Assembly (NCBI GenBank): GCA_013239625.1
Contig: MU053513.1
Span: 2,902,927 to 2,966,926 of the forward strand
Reading direction: 5' to 3'
From: Lama guanicoe
Taxonomy: Eukaryota
Length of the DNA: 64,000 nucleotides
This document shows positions 13,542 to 27,909 of the stretch, in pieces. The position numbers and the translations under genes are program-made. Positions within the stretch are counted from its first letter, which is position 1. The number at the start of each line of letters is the position of its first letter. The notes beneath the pieces are model-generated. The model did not search any database. It saw only the letters and a program-made list of their open reading frames with translations, and was not told the DNA's origin.

Positions 13542-14614
13542 GAGTAAACTTGCCTGCCATTACTTTTCTCCTCTCCAACCCAAACATCTCACGCCTTTCA
13601 CCTACTAAGCACGTCACAACATTCTCCCATTTCCAGGACCTTCATCTGGAGGTACTGTTCTAGTACAACAATGTTTCCCTTGGATATGCGGCTGAGCACT
13701 CAATCATTGCCTCATCCCTGCTGCACACTTGCTGGGCATGGCACGAAGATACAAGACCAGTCAGAGCAGCAGCTTCCTCTCGACGAGCTTTCCGTCCCAC
13801 ACAAATGTGGCTGCACACTCAAATACTAGCAAATACAACACAAAGTGCCAAAACAATAGAGTTTGTTATTAACATTCAGAAGAGGTGGTCATTATTTACA
13901 TTAAGTTTTTATAGAAAAGGGAACATTTGATCTGAGTCCAGTAGGGTTGGTGGAATTTAGAAACGGAAGAGATGGTTTGGGGAAAGACCTTCCAGCTAGA
14001 AATGAACAAATAAAAGCAGCAAGGAAGGGAATGAGAAGACGGGCATCGGGGAGCGTGAGGGAGAGCACTAGGCAAAATGGCTGGAAAACTAGTTGGTGGA
14101 GGGCTATGAATATTAGGCTAAAGGTTTTAGACTGTTTCCTATTGGCAGTAAGAGTTCACTAAACGTTATTCATGATTCCCATTTGTATCTCATTCTGGCC
14201 CTGGAAGTCCCATTTTATGTCCCTTGAGTCACCTATTGTGGGCATGACTCTTCGGATCAGTCTTAGCACTTTCTCTCCCACACCGTTTCTCCCTTTCTCC
14301 CTCCCTATTTATTTATAGTCAGTACAATACTTACATTGAGATTTCGACAAGCTTGCACTGAAAGTACTGACCTGGTCCGGGGTGCTCAGATGAGGGAGAA
14401 TAGCTTGGGTTACTGTAATAGTTTTCGCTGAATTGTGCTCAGGCATAGATTATCACTGTGGCTTGGTATCAGGACTAGAAGATCCAAGAAACAGTTAATA
14501 GAACTAAAAATGCCTTTTGCTGTATTCTTTTTTTCATGATACTCTTTTAAGTTTTAATTAACTTTCATTATCATCTCCATTGCCTGCTTTTTATCTAGTA
14601 TCTTCCTTGTCTAC

Positions 14615-14830
14615 CCCAGCTGTCCTTATGTCCCTTTAGTGCTTTATTTTTCTTCATAGCACTTATATTTTGTTTACTTATTTTTTGGTCTCTCTCCTGT
14701 TCCCTACAAGAATGTAAGCTCCATAAGGTGTTTTTTTTTTTTTTTACTCTATTGTTCACCACTGTTTATTCAGAGCTTAGAACAGGGTTTGGCACATGGA
14801 AGGCATTCTGTGTTACTGAATGTAGTACTT
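14615..14830 (+). mobile_element. L2 3' end
   Basis: ttcttcatagcactt...agaatgtaagctccataag...ttgttcaccactgtt...cttagaacagggtttggcacat. Confidence 0.75.
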
Positions 14831-17149
14831 AATTTGTTTTGGCCTTTATATCTGGATCCCACTGAAAGCATTCTAAACAGACTGCCTTGCTTCTTAGAAG
14901 ACAACAGGCAGCGTCAAGAGTCCAGCAAACAAAAATCCCCAGGAGGGTATTTTCCTCAAAAAATATCCGGGAGGTAGAGAGTCCAAAGGATTTGACAATT
15001 CAGTAAATGTTTGGAAAAGGTGAGAGAAAGAAATCAAAGATGATTCTTGTTTTCAGACTGAGTGAGTAGGAAAAGTAGGAGCTACTGGCAAAAAATGGGC
15101 CAGGAATACTAGCAAAGAAGCAGGTTTGGAGATTAATGTTCTAGAAACTGATTAACAGTACTATTATCGTTCCCTATAAAGTATCACTTTTGCACCATAA
15201 TATATTATTTTGAAAAAAGCAGAGAAAAGTGATAAATCCTTGCATTCCAAATAACCTTCTTCAAGCCAACAGTATACACCTATGAGACAATACCATATGG
15301 GAAGGCAAGTCAGAGAGAGGCAGAACAAAGAAATTCTGACTTTGATAGATTAAATTTTTGACTTGATAAATGGTTCATGCAGATCAGTAACGGGAAGTCC
15401 CGTGCGCCAACACAAAGAGCCAAAAATAATCCTGTAGTTTAAAAGAGTGAATGAATGATACCACACTCTGAGCTTGGAAAAGCCTCAGCTGTGATCATGA
15501 AATATGTATCAAAAGCATTGGTTGTCCGGGTGATACGTAAAGTTTCCTCTCTGCCTGTGGTGGAAGCTATTTTTTCTTACACAGAGTGGGCCAAATTCAG
15601 ATTACAGAGTCTACATTTTATAATTCTTCTAGCATAAATTGCTGCAAACCAAGCGAAATTCAGAATATTCTTTTTCTTGGTTGGTGGAGAAGGTGGCAGT
15701 CTATAAAAGGAAACGAGCCAGCAGATTTATCCTCTTTATCACAGAGAGAAATCACAACGTGTATCTCACAGTGGAAGAGAAAAAGATCATATATCAGAAA
15801 AAGGACTGAAAGGAAAAACACTAGAATGGAACTTTCCTTTGGTGGGATAGGCATAATTTCTATCTTACTTCTTTACAATTAGAAAAATAAATAAATCAAA
15901 GGTTTCTTTAAAAGACTGATCACTGGTTTGAAGCTGCTTGACAATAAGCTCATGGGTCATTTTAAAGAAATTCTGACAGCCTGCCGTCCCCACTGAAAGA
16001 AGAATTTAATTGGGGAGGGAGCAGGATTTTTTTACATCAACCCAAGTCATTTTGAGTTTTAGCAAAAAATAAATCCACATGATTGTTTTGAAAACAACCA
16101 AAACGTAGGCCATTCTAATCACTCAGATGAGATTCTAAATACATTAAATTATATTAAATTCATAGATACTTCTTAAATTCTGTTTTAGCCCAAAAAGTTA
16201 GTTTCTGTATCTAAAAATTATTTCAAGTAATTTATATTTTTTTACCTAAAAATTTCCCTTCTTATCTCAGTAAGAGTTTACAAAAACATTTTGCTTTATT
16301 GTGCTTTGCTTTGTTTTGAAGGACCGTTAAAAAAAAGAAAAGAAATGCAAGGGGTAAATAACCAACCTGATAGCTAAATAGATAAATGTAGAATTGTCAT
16401 TACTGGCTACTTTCTCCAAACCAATACTCAGAGAAGTTCTGGAGCAATACTGGCAAAGCATAACTAATCATTTAAAAGGAAATAAAAGAAGAAACCTCTC
16501 TTCTATAAACCCATTCACACAAGTACACACCTCACCAAATTCTAAAAAATTTCATACAAATAAAAACTGATTTGATTTTAAGACTGACAAATCTATCATC
16601 TTCTAAATACAGCAGACCTTCAGCATTCAATAATTTCAGATGCATTATTTGGATCTATGAGAATTAAGCCAAAAGCTCATTCCATAAAATATATGACAGC
16701 TACCTACTGAGGGGCAGGTGCTGTTCTAGGATGCTTTGTTCATGGAGTTACAAGGTCCTCTCTTTTCTGGAGACGACAAGACAGAAGTGGAAGGCCAATG
16801 AGGAAGGCGGAGCCATACCCAAAACTAAGACAAACTCTAAGATCACTGTCAGGAACTTTGGGGAGGGGATAGATTTCTTACTAGAGAATTTTCTGTTGCC
16901 ACTCTTTGCAGATAAAGGACACAGGAGGTTCTCAATGGTGATAGGTGACAGCACTGTGAAGACCCGAGCGTGGAGCCCAGGGGTATAAGCCTCACCTACA
17001 GCCTGGCTCCCAGCAGCCTCTTGCAGCTCTGAGGCCCTCCTGTCTCACCTGCCCAGCCCTGGGCCCCCAAATCAGCTGAAACCTCGGCTAAATTTCTGCA
17101 GTAGTAATTCTGGTTCAAAACAAACAAAAAAAAACTGGACAGAGTGTAA

Positions 17150-18200
17150 CTTAAGTCACTGAGGGGGTGGGGGGAATGATGTTAGCTGTAGTACCCCAAG
17201 GGAAGGCCTCTCTGAGGAAGTGACATCGGAGCTGAGATTCCTCAGACAAGATGTGATGACCATGGCCTCAGGAGTGCCTCTGCCATGGCAGAAATATGTG
17301 CAGTATGTTCTGGGAATAAAAGGAGGCCAGTGTGGCCAGAGCAGAGATATGGGAAGAGTTCCTTATTGGCCACGATAGGAAGTTGGCATTTATCTTGACT
17401 GCAGTGAAAGGCCAGTAGAGATTTTAAGAAAGGAGCCAAGTGATCTGGTTTATATATTAAAAAAACAATGTCTTTGGCAGCTCTGGAGAATAGATGATTG
17501 GGATGGGAGTGAGTTACAGGATGAGAGCAGAAGCAGACCAGTCTAGGTGAAAGTTGGTGGTGTCTTAGATTACAGAGTAATAGAAAAAGTCAAGGGAAGT
17601 GGACAGGTTTGGAAACGTAACTGGCTGGCATGCTGATGGAGAGGATGTGGAGTTACATCTCTAGGATGCCTCTGCGGTTTTTGGCTTGAGACACTGAGTG
17701 GATAGCTGTGCCATTGATCGAGATGGGGAGGAACGGAGAACAACTGTGAAAAGAAAACTGGATTTTGAACATGCAGTAGACAGCTAATACACTGCCACAT
17801 GGACGTGTCAAGTAGGCAATGGAAAATACAAACAAAGAATTCATGGTAGGCATCAGGGCTGGAGGTATAAAGTTATATAAAGGGATTTCAAGCCATGGAA
17901 TTGGATAAGGTCACCTGGGAATAAAATACAGACAGAGAAGAAACGAGGCCCCAAGGCTCAAGCTCTCTAGCACTCTGGCAATTAGAAATCAGCCAGAGGT
18001 GAAAGGGAAGCTATCAGACAAGTCTGATAGCAGCCAGTGAGGTGGGAAAGCCAGGAGACAGCTTCCACGATGAGTGTGTCACTATCAGTTCACTGAAATC
18101 TACAAGGCTGGTAACGTTCATGCTGTAAGAAAGACGAAGTGGTCCACCGGGTCAGATGGTGTTGAGAGGTGAAGTCAGCCAAGGACATGGACTGAACAAC
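17150..18200 (-). mobile_element. L2 fragment
   Basis: agggaaggcctctctgaggaagtgacatcggagctgaga...gatttcaagccatggaattggataaggtcacc. Confidence 0.8.
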
Positions 18201-18374
18201 TGTGCTGACAACAGCGATGCCAAGAATGATGTCAATAGGAGCATTTCGGTGTTGAAAAAACTAACCCATTTTAAAAACAGATATTATAATTGCTTTCAAA
18301 TTATAAAACACCTGAATAACTAGTAAGTCAAAAAAGAAAAAACAATCATTGGCAGTATTCAAACAGCATTACAA

Positions 18375-18620
18375 CAGTGTTTTTCAACCTTTTTTTCATT
18401 ATTGTCCCTCTAAAGAGCCTGTTTAGATAGTCTTTTCCTGATTGCACTCCCGCTCCCATGAAATTTAATACCACAGATAAACTCTTTATTATCTATGTAC
18501 TCTGGGCCTTTGAATGGCACAAACCATTATAATATCAAAGAATTCTGCCTGAACACAATCTCCCCAGAATCAGTTTTCACTCCCCTATGGATGTAACATC
18601 ATTCTGGTTGAGAATGCACA
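18375..18620 (+). mobile_element. MER112-like hAT DNA transposon
   Basis: cagtgtttttcaaccttttttttcattattg...catgaaatttaataccacagata...cacaaaccattataatatc...gttgagaatgca. Confidence 0.8.
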
Positions 18621-19009
18621 TGTTATAATTATAGGCTGCTGTTAAGGCTGTATTTAGGGGAAATTATATAATTCACACATCATGAAAATGACCATATAAT
18701 TTATTATCCAACTGACATATTTTTGAGAGGAAGAAGGGTGTTATTGATAATTGCATTGCGACAGTAGGCATACAGCAAAATCTCCCAGGCAAACTAAGGT
18801 GTGTGATCCTCCTACCATCAAAAACTGGAAAAAAATGTAAAGATATAATTGGCAATAAATGGATTCTAAAAGGGACAAATAATAAATCTAAGAGCTAGTT
18901 TGTCAGAAAAGTGAACAAAATGATCAAACATGGAAAAATCTAAGAAAGACAGGAAAAAAACACAAAGCAAATTAGTTATAAAAATAATATAAAAACATGG
19001 ATGTAACAG

Positions 19010-19440
19010 ATTTTAAACGTATCACAGAACACTACATACATTCTGTACTAAGAAATTTGAAAGCCTGGGTTAAAAGGGAGTCTTCTCAGGATGTATACAT
19101 TTTTAAAATGGACTCAAGAAGGACTTAAAAACAGTAAGGGCAATCATGGAAGAAACTGGAAATATTATCAATGAAATCTGTTCAAAAATAAATTTAGGTT
19201 ATCCATTTCTTTGGAAAAAATTCTTTGAAATCTTCAAAACATTTGTAATAATACGCTACATAATCTGTTTCTAAGCTGAACAAAAAGATAGAAAGTTATC
19301 CAATTCATTTTATAAAGCTAGCATAAGCCTAATGCCAAAACTTGACAGTTAGTACACAGAGAAGAAAAATGTAGCCCAGTCTTGCGTATAAATATAGACA
19401 TGCACATCCAAAGAAATTCTAGCAAATTAATCCACCATCA
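19010..19440 (+). mobile_element. Old L1M ORF2 fragment
   Basis: ccaattcattttataaagctagcataagcctaatgccaaaacttgaca reads PNSFY.ASI.L.PK (L1 RT-proximal motif), degenerate. Confidence 0.7.
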
Positions 19441-22400
19441 CAAGCTGATTAATATGCACAATTCAGGACAAAACCTGCCTTACTTCTCAGCACTAAGTTA
19501 CACTCTGAACTTCCGTACTTAGTTTAACACTTTTTCTAGTCACAGGAGCAAGGAGTTACAGAAGAATGTGAAGCTGCAAATCCTTAGAACTATAAAAATG
19601 AAAGATGTGTCAGAAAATTGAGATGTGGTGTTTAAAATAGTATGATCATATATCAGAATAATAATGCTTAGGAAAGCTCCAGTAACCCAGTGTTTGCTTC
19701 ACAACTGTCAGCTCCTGTATTAGTGTAAGTACTAAAAGATTTTATGACACTAATATTTCATGTTTTAGATGAGATAAAACAATACTTTTAATCCATTATC
19801 ATAATTTTAATCCATGTCACAGAGTTGGTATAATAGAATGCTTATCTAAGAAGCTGAAAAATGTGTTTATTTTCTTCCTGTCTTGGTTTAAAAATCTGAC
19901 ATAATTCATGCAGTTACCCATCTTATTGATGATTCATTTATTAAACTATTAATTGCACTTAAGCTGAAGAATCTGACTCAAACTAACACTTTTAAAATAT
20001 GCCACTCAAAGAACATTTTCATTTTTTTTTCTTAATCTTATTAACTCAGTAGTTATACCTTCAAAAATTGAAGCTTAGAATATCTCTTTTTGAATTCAGT
20101 ACTTGGTAAATTTGTGAGAGAAATGTAAGTGTTCAATAGATTCGTCTATTTTAAACTTGCTCAAATTTCTTTCTATATTTCTCTATATATAGATTTTTGC
20201 TAAATTATTTGAAAAGACAATGCAGACCTCATGACCATTCATCATACATATATATAGTGATGGTTTCCTATGTAAGTACAATATACTTAACAAACTGAGG
20301 AAAAATTAATAGCGAAACAATAATATTTTCTAGTATACAGTCCATTTTGAAATTTTGCTAATCAACATTATAATATAAATCCTGTTTACTAGTTTACAAC
20401 TTTTATAATCAAGCTATATATAAAGCTTGGAACTTTAAATACGGTTATAGAACAGAACACTAGCAACCCTGACAATGTAAAAGGGGAGAGGAGAGCAGGG
20501 GAGCTAATATGTTTGTCTTGATGGGTAGACAAAACAGGCTACCTAACAGTGAGGGAACGACTTAAAATTAAAAAGAAAACTAGCAGAAGCAAAGTACGAA
20601 CATAACCATCAAACTTTGGGACAGGAAGGAGAAGAGGAGTAGGGGAAAAGGATGAGTGAAACCCCCCTGTTTCACAAAGGTGGGGTAAATAAATGTCTGA
20701 AGTTGATAAACCAAGGAATGGAAAATTAAAGAAATAAGCCAGGATGGTTCTATCTCAAAATACGAATTTGTGTGTTTCCCTCCAGATCTTTTGTCTTATT
20801 TGTTCCCTGAGAGTTATTTCCCTCCTTCCACAGTTTCTTCTAGTCTATACCAGAGCTGAAGACACAGATTCAAAGAGCCAGACCCTGAGGTTTGCAGGAC
20901 TTTTCCTCCAGGAGAGGCTAAATACGACTGGACAAGAGAAGCATTAGAGAAGGTGACGACGCAGTGAAAGGAAAGGGCAGTTATCCTGAAGGGACAGGAA
21001 TGGAACAGCTCCCACAGAGTTCTGGAAAGCAGTGCAGAAAGGATTCAGACGATGAGCTGGCCTCAACTGTAGACTCCATGTCAATCCATCCCCCTGGACA
21101 ACGGGTCTGGCATTCAATGATCCTGGACACTTGTAAGACCTCTACCTAAAAAAGGGTAAGAGGGAACTTTGCCCCTGACCCAGGTGAATCTAGACTGACC
21201 CAGCTGGGAATTTTCCTATGAGAGTACAGGGGAGGGTGCACCACCACAGGTACCTGTTCAATGCTATGTAGGCAACTATCAGAAGAACTGAATTTTTTTT
21301 TAATTAATGCTCTAAAAAACACGACTGGGAAAGAACAGAAGCAGCATAGGCAGCTGCTGTTTTTTATTTCAATTCTTGTGCACTATTAGATTCGTTATAT
21401 GTACATGTATTGCCTTTGTATACTTTTTGAAGAAAGGATGAAAACTCTTGGCTTTCATCACTGAATATCTACTATGAGCCAGGCACTATGCTAGATGCTT
21501 TAAATAATTCTCTTCCTTATTGTTCAAAAAGAGTAAGTATTGTGTATATAAAAATAGGAGCTCAATATTAATTTAATGAATAGATTACTAAATGAATGCA
21601 CAGTGCATGTGTACAGATATGCTACATAAGTGAACAAGTGTTACATGAAAAGATTCAGAAAACTTCAGAACTCCAATCTTGTCCACCAGCCACCACATCA
21701 CATACATGATCATTCTGCCTGGATTGCACAAAATTAGCATCAGCTTGTCCAAAGTCCTTGTTGTCTGGGAAAGGAAAAAAATGGGAAAATCTATCATTCA
21801 ATGATAATTTCAATTTCTGTAGCCTTGCTCTGTCTTGGAGGTTCTCTACCTCCAGTGGCTTGAGGAGAGGAGGTTCTTCCTGGCACGGAAAACCTTAAAT
21901 TAGAGTTGAATAAATGGAGACTTGGCACTTCTGAAAGGTTGCCAGCCTCTGCTCAGCTGCCTTTTCCACATCAACTCTCACGTGCAAAGGAAATCAGAAG
22001 GTACAAGTTGTTGGGAAAGGTATTTCCACATTCTGAAATGTACAAAAATCACAGGTGGTCTCTCACACTAAATTAGACTTTCAGGGTAAATCAACAGGGT
22101 CAGAAAATGCATAAGACAATAAAACTACAGACTAGACAGTCAGTGCTAAAAGTAAGTTATCTCTGTCTGTAATCGTGTAGAAAGTTAGAAAATAAACAAC
22201 AAAAGCTACTTTTCAAGTGCATTCAGCATGCGCTATTTTATTTTGTAGGGTTCTCTAAGAATAGAATATTCTTTATGGAAAAAACTTGTTTTCAGAACTT
22301 CCAGTTGATAGGCTTCTAGGAAAAACAGGAAGAAAATTGTCTTATTATACAATTACTACCACAGTTTGCAGAGAGTATGAAAATTAAACATTGTCAATAG

Positions 22401-22464
22401 ATTTGCAAAGTTTCATTTTCTTTTAGTTTTTAAGATGAACATCCAGCACATGTCACAATAACTA

Positions 22465-23250
22465 ACATTTGTTAAACACCACGTACCAGACACCATACTA
22501 AGCACTTTATATACATTATTTCATTTACCCCTAAAAATGCTTTTTGAGATAAGACATCCTAATATGGCTCCCTTCATTGGTATAGTTAAGCAACTTGTCC
22601 AAGGGCACTGTATTAGCCTGAGAAACAGAGCCAATAAGATGGATGGCTGGATGGATAGACAAGTAGATAAACAGATGGATACAGATGATGGATTACACAG
22701 ATACATACAAAGACTGATAGATCCAACTGGATAGAGTTATATACCTCTATTTCTCCCTCTCTCTCTATCTATATGTGTGTGTCTAGAGATATAGAGGTTT
22801 TTTAATAAGGAATTGACAAACATAATTATGGCGGCTGACAAGTCCAAGATCTACAATTAGCAAGATGGAGGCCCAAGAGATCTGATGGTATAAGTTTCTG
22901 TCCAAGGCCAAAGGGAAAAGAAGATCAACATTCCACCTTGAAGACAGGCAGGGAGAAAGAATTCTATCTTACTCAGTCTTTATTCAGGCCTTCGAAGGAT
23001 TGGATGAGGCCCATCACTATTGGGGAGGACAACCTACTTTACTCAGTCTACTGATTCCAATTAATCTCACCCAGAAACACCCTATCAACACACCGATAAA
23101 TAATACATAACCAACTATGTGGGCGCCCCATGGCCTAGCCAAGTTGACACACAAAATTAACCATCATAATCACAAAGGTAGTAAGTGGCAAAGCAAGAAC
23201 TTGAACCCAGACAGTCTGACACCAGAGCCCTGGTTCCTAACCGCTATGAT
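22465..23250 (-). mobile_element. MIR interrupted by an MLT2 LTR
   Basis: gttaagcaacttgtccaagggcac | LTR | atcacaaaggtagtaagtggcaaagcaagaacttgaacccagacagtctgac. Confidence 0.8.
22609..23168 (-). mobile_element. MLT2 (ERVL) solo LTR
   Basis: tgtattag...gagaaacagagccaataag...ggattggatgaggccca...ccaagttgacacacaaaattaaccatcata. Confidence 0.88.
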
Positions 23251-26200
23251 ATACCCTTCTCCAATCTAGTAAGCAAAATTACAGGAAACCCTGTTAGAAG
23301 TAGTCAGTTTCACCAGGGGATAGCAGCATACGAACTAGACAGTTGTTAGGATTCACTAGGATTTAAATAGCTTAGACATCACCAATTCCTTGCTAGGAGA
23401 CCATGCTCTAGTATATTATCATTCCATCCCAACTCATTCTACCCTGTTCTCTATATATTCTATCCTGTTCTGAGATACATTAAAATCATTAATGAAGGAA
23501 CCAGAAAGACAATAAAGCAGATTCAAAAAAGAGCACAAGAGACTGAAGGAAGCTGGGTGTGATGTGTGACAGAGGAAGGCTGAAGGAAAGCACTGAAGGA
23601 GCCGGGGGAACCCTGACAAGGGAGTGGAGAGGCGTGTGATACTCTGACACCCCCTCCTACTTCACAGTATCTATAGCTCTCACCCTCACTGGGAGGGCAG
23701 AGGAGAAGAGAGATGGGGATCCACGAGAGAACGGCAGCTCCTCAGCTCCTTCTATCTACCCGCCCCGCATGGAACCATTTTTGTGTACAGCTTCCTCATT
23801 TAACTCTCACAACGACCCTGTCAGTATAGCTTATTATTCCTGACCTGGCAGCTCTCAAAATTCTTCATCTATTTTCTACACTATACTTCTCTCTAGGGGC
23901 AAAAGAACTGGCTTAGTGTAGTAGAAACGGCTTCACTGAACACCTGCCTACTCTTTTAGGCTCTTGAGACACAGTCATCGTGAATAAAATGGACAAAATT
24001 CAGGTCTTCATAGAGCTGGCGCTCTAGTGGGGTTAGACAGGCAATCAGCTACACAAATTAGCAAATTAGAAAGTATGTCAGATGTTAGTGACAGCTAGGG
24101 AGAAAAAGTGCTGGGAAAGGGAATAGGGAGTGCACAAGGCAGGGGGTGGGTGGGAAGGAGGACCAGAGAAAGTGTCCTTAGAAGTATAAGGGTGACAGCT
24201 TCCTCTTAGACCATGTGACTCTGTAAATCAAAGTCCCCTCTTATAAACACAGGCTTTCCTGTCTTCCCAGAATAGCTAGAGTGAACACTGTTTCTGCTCC
24301 TGGCCTGTAACAGTATACCAGGCTCCTCCTCGCCGTTCAGGTCTCAGATTTAACCTCAGGAAGGCCGGCTCTGCCTACTAAAGTTGGGTTCCTCGTCCTT
24401 TCCCTGCCAGTCTTTACTCTCTAGCCTAACATCATGTCTGTTTCTTTCATAACACTTTCAACAATTTGTAATTTAAGTGTATGTGTGTCTCCCCACTATT
24501 TGAGTTCCAGGAGGCCGGGGATAAGGTCTTGTCCTACACCTGCCCACGTCCAGTTCTCTGACAGTCAGTAGGCACTCAGCTCTTTGATGAATAAGTGAAT
24601 GAATATGCCACTTGCAGCATCCTCACAGATGGCCTTAATTTCTCCGTAAAAACCTACTTGACAATCACTTTTCACCAGCACATTTACCATATAATGTAAG
24701 GGAATCCTGCTATTCCATGGCATTAACACACTATCGAGGCTTTAAGAAAATAAAAGGCAAAGGACATCAAAGCACTTCAAAGCTAGAAGAAGGTGTTTTG
24801 TCCTCACTTCTCTGTCGTCCGCAGGGTTTTGCTTTAGATGTTGAGGAGAAGAAAGGAGAAGTAAGGTAGGCATTTGTTCTGACCTTGAGGAAAGGGGTAG
24901 CCACTGGCACACCAGGAATTGACAGGCTGTGGTTCCTGGGAGTTTTTCTAGCTCTTGTCCTGGCTGCGTGCCTGGTTTCTGTCTGGTTTGGACTACTTCC
25001 CCAACTTCCTGGGATGCAGATTCAGCTCCCACAGAACTTGGAGCACACGCTGATCTCCACTTTTATGTTCATTTCTTCTGGTTAGGAGTTGCCATCATGC
25101 TTAGCCTTCCTTTTCCTTTTTTTCTTACGATCCCGCAAAGAGGGCAGAACAGACTGATATTAAAGCGTAAGTTTTATTTTAAAAAAAGATGCTTTCACTG
25201 CAGAATGGTGGGGCTGAAGATGTCCATTTTACCTTTGTTACTATGTGTCTAAAAAGAGAAAGCTTCCGAACCCAGATGATAAAGCACACGCATTAATCTT
25301 TCAGTTCTAAAGAGATTTCATTTATCTATCAAAAAGTAGGGAAAGGCAGCTTACAGAAACTCATTTAGGGAAAAAAAAATCTAACAGGATAATCAAATTA
25401 ATGACTGAAATGCCTTTCAGCAACAAGTGGCTTATTCAGCTAAAGGAGGATGGAATACACACACATAATCCATGACCTTGCCTTGGCCATTACAAGATCA
25501 GAGATGCAAAACACATTGAAAAAGCCCCCTTAAACCTAAGACGTTAATGGGCAGGCACAGAGGCCAGCTCTACACTCTGAGAGCCTTCGGAGGGCCTCCT
25601 CCGATCCCTACCCCCCACTGCCGAGGAAAGTCTTACTCCCAAACACAAAGCCTTTCAGCATTTTAATTTCCTCAGCCTTTTGTAAAAACTAGACCACTTC
25701 ACTACCTGCCTTGGAAAAAGAAGTCTGTGGATTCTATTTCAAATGTTTCAACTTCATCCTTTGGCAGAGCTTGATTCGTCCTGGGAGATTAGTTGCCGGC
25801 AAGGCTGGGCTGTCAGAGGCTCTGCTAACTGCTCTCTGGTCCCTGGCCAGGAGGGGCCACGGTCTTTAAATTCCTCGATGATTTTTCCCCCTGGATAACT
25901 GTGCACCTTTGTGAGAGACAGGTTGACCCCTCTCGGCTTCAGCTGGTTTGCGGAGAGACCCCTCCTGGACCACAGAGGTGTAAAAGGTGAGACTGGCCAC
26001 AGAGACAGTGAGATTCTATCCACCCTACCCTGTTCTCAGCACCCCTCAAAGGCTCGTCAATCTGAAGGACACACATAGAGTCACCATCAGCTCCATGCTA
26101 GGAAAATATTCCTATTTCTGGGCCTCTGTGTACAATCATCAGAGCCTTGGGCCAACAGCTGTTTGACCCTCACTTTTGGAGAGACAAGTAAAAATGAAGG

Positions 26201-26369
26201 CTAACATTTGGGTCACTTGGCAGCCCCACAGACACACTCTGAGGGACCACGGCAATGATAGTAACTAATATTTGCAAGGTGCTTGGAAGTCCGCTGAGGG
26301 TTTGCACGTCTGCTGCCCAGAATTCTCACAGCAGCCTTGTGAGGTAATTATGACCATTATCCATGCTGG

Positions 26370-26770
26370 CCCCAAATCCCTGAAACAAGCTCCGAGGTCA
26401 GGGCATGTGTTCCTGCCTTTTCTTCTGCTGAGAACAGTCTTCCTTCACATCTCCGCGTGGCTTTCTCCCTCACTTCCTTGAGATTTCTGCCAAACGCCGC
26501 CTTTTCCTAAATCCTTCCCTGAATGCCTCCTGTGAAACAGGCTGGGCTCCAGCTCCCTCACCTGCTTCAGTTCTCCTTCACAGCACTTATCACTTACGTG
26601 TCGCCACACAGTTACATGTCTTTTATTTACTGGGTCCTGTCACTGGATTAGAGCAGGGCATGGCCTACGCTGTTCACTGCTCTGTCCAAGTGCTTAGAAT
26701 AGCACCTGACGCACCATAGGTAATCAGTAAATTACTGTTGAATGAAGGAATCAGTGAATGCATGAACGAT
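26370..26770 (+). mobile_element. L2 3' end
   Basis: cacagcacttatcac...tgttcactgctctgtccaagtgcttagaatagcacctgac...tgttgaatgaaggaatcagtgaatg. Confidence 0.8.
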
Positions 26771-26843
26771 CAAGTCCCATCTTACAGTGGGCCACCCCAT
26801 CTCTCACAGGGTGGGACACCAAGAGGAAAAACACCTGACTCAA

Positions 26844-27320
26844 TATATGAGTTTCCAAATTACCACAAATTTAGTGGCTTATAACAACACAAATCCACTG
26901 TCTTTCAGTTACGGAGGTCCGAAGCCCAAAATGGGCCGGACAGGGCTAAAACCAAGTATTGGCAGGGCTGTGTTCCTTCTGGAGGCTCTAGGAGGAAATT
27001 CATTTCCTTGCCTTTTCCAGCTTCTAGAGGTAGCACACGTTCCCGGCCTCCACGGTCCCTTCTTCCGACTTCACTCCATCTTCAAAACGAGCAGCATAGC
27101 ATCTTTAAGTCTGATTCTGACTCTCCTGCCTCCATCTTTCACTTATAAGGACCCCAGTGATCACACTGGGCCCGCTGGATAATCTAGGAGAAGCCCCTCA
27201 TCTCTAGATCCCCGACTTAATCACATCTACAAGTCCCCTTTGCCGGGTAAGGTGACATAGTCACCATTCCCAGGAATTAGGACGTGGACGTCTCTGGGGG
27301 CCGTTATTCCACCTACCACG
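26844..27320 (-). mobile_element. MLT1D-like solo LTR
   Basis: aattaccacaaatttagtggcttataacaacac...ttccttctggaggctctagg...gggggccgttattccacctaccac. Confidence 0.88.
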
Positions 27321-27659
27321 CCCCAGGCCTCTCAGTTAGTAAGCAGCAGTGCGGAGACTCTAGTGCAGGTCAGGCCTTGCAAACTGATGGCTCATTCATC
27401 GGAAAGAAGGGAGAGGACAGCTGAGGATGATTGTGATGACAGCGTCACTACCGATGACAGATAGGGGACAGTGGCCTGGGAGCCATTCTGGTCTCTTCTA
27501 CTGTACACTCACCTTGATTCCCTCCTAGGTGGATATCCTGGTAGATAATCTTGGATGACAGTGAAGCCCATTAACCTAATTTCTTTACCTGTTGACAATC
27601 AGGACATGAACTTGGCTCCAACTCTTTGGGCCAGAATCACAGGCAGAAGTGCTCAAGAG

Positions 27660-27909
27660 CATAATTTCTCAGCCTCAGCACTGATGAAACTTTAGGCCAG
27701 ATAATTTTTCTTAGGGCAGAGGGGTTGGGGGTGGCAAGAGGGAGGGCTGCCCTATGCACTGCAGGATATTTAGCATCAGCGTCATCCCTGGCCTCTACCC
27801 ACACCACCTCCCTCCCAGTGATGACAACCAAAATGTCTCCCATTATATTCATAAATGTCCCTTGGGGTCAGAAAGGAAGTACAAAATTTCCCCAGTTAAG
27901 AACCACTGT
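27660..27909 (+). mobile_element. MER20 DNA transposon
   Basis: ttctcagcctcagcact...ggccagataatt...tgacaaccaaaatgtctcc...ccagttaagaaccactg. Confidence 0.85.

Noticed and set aside
26787..27182. 131 aa ORF (+)
   Set aside because: Lies almost entirely within an MLT1 LTR.
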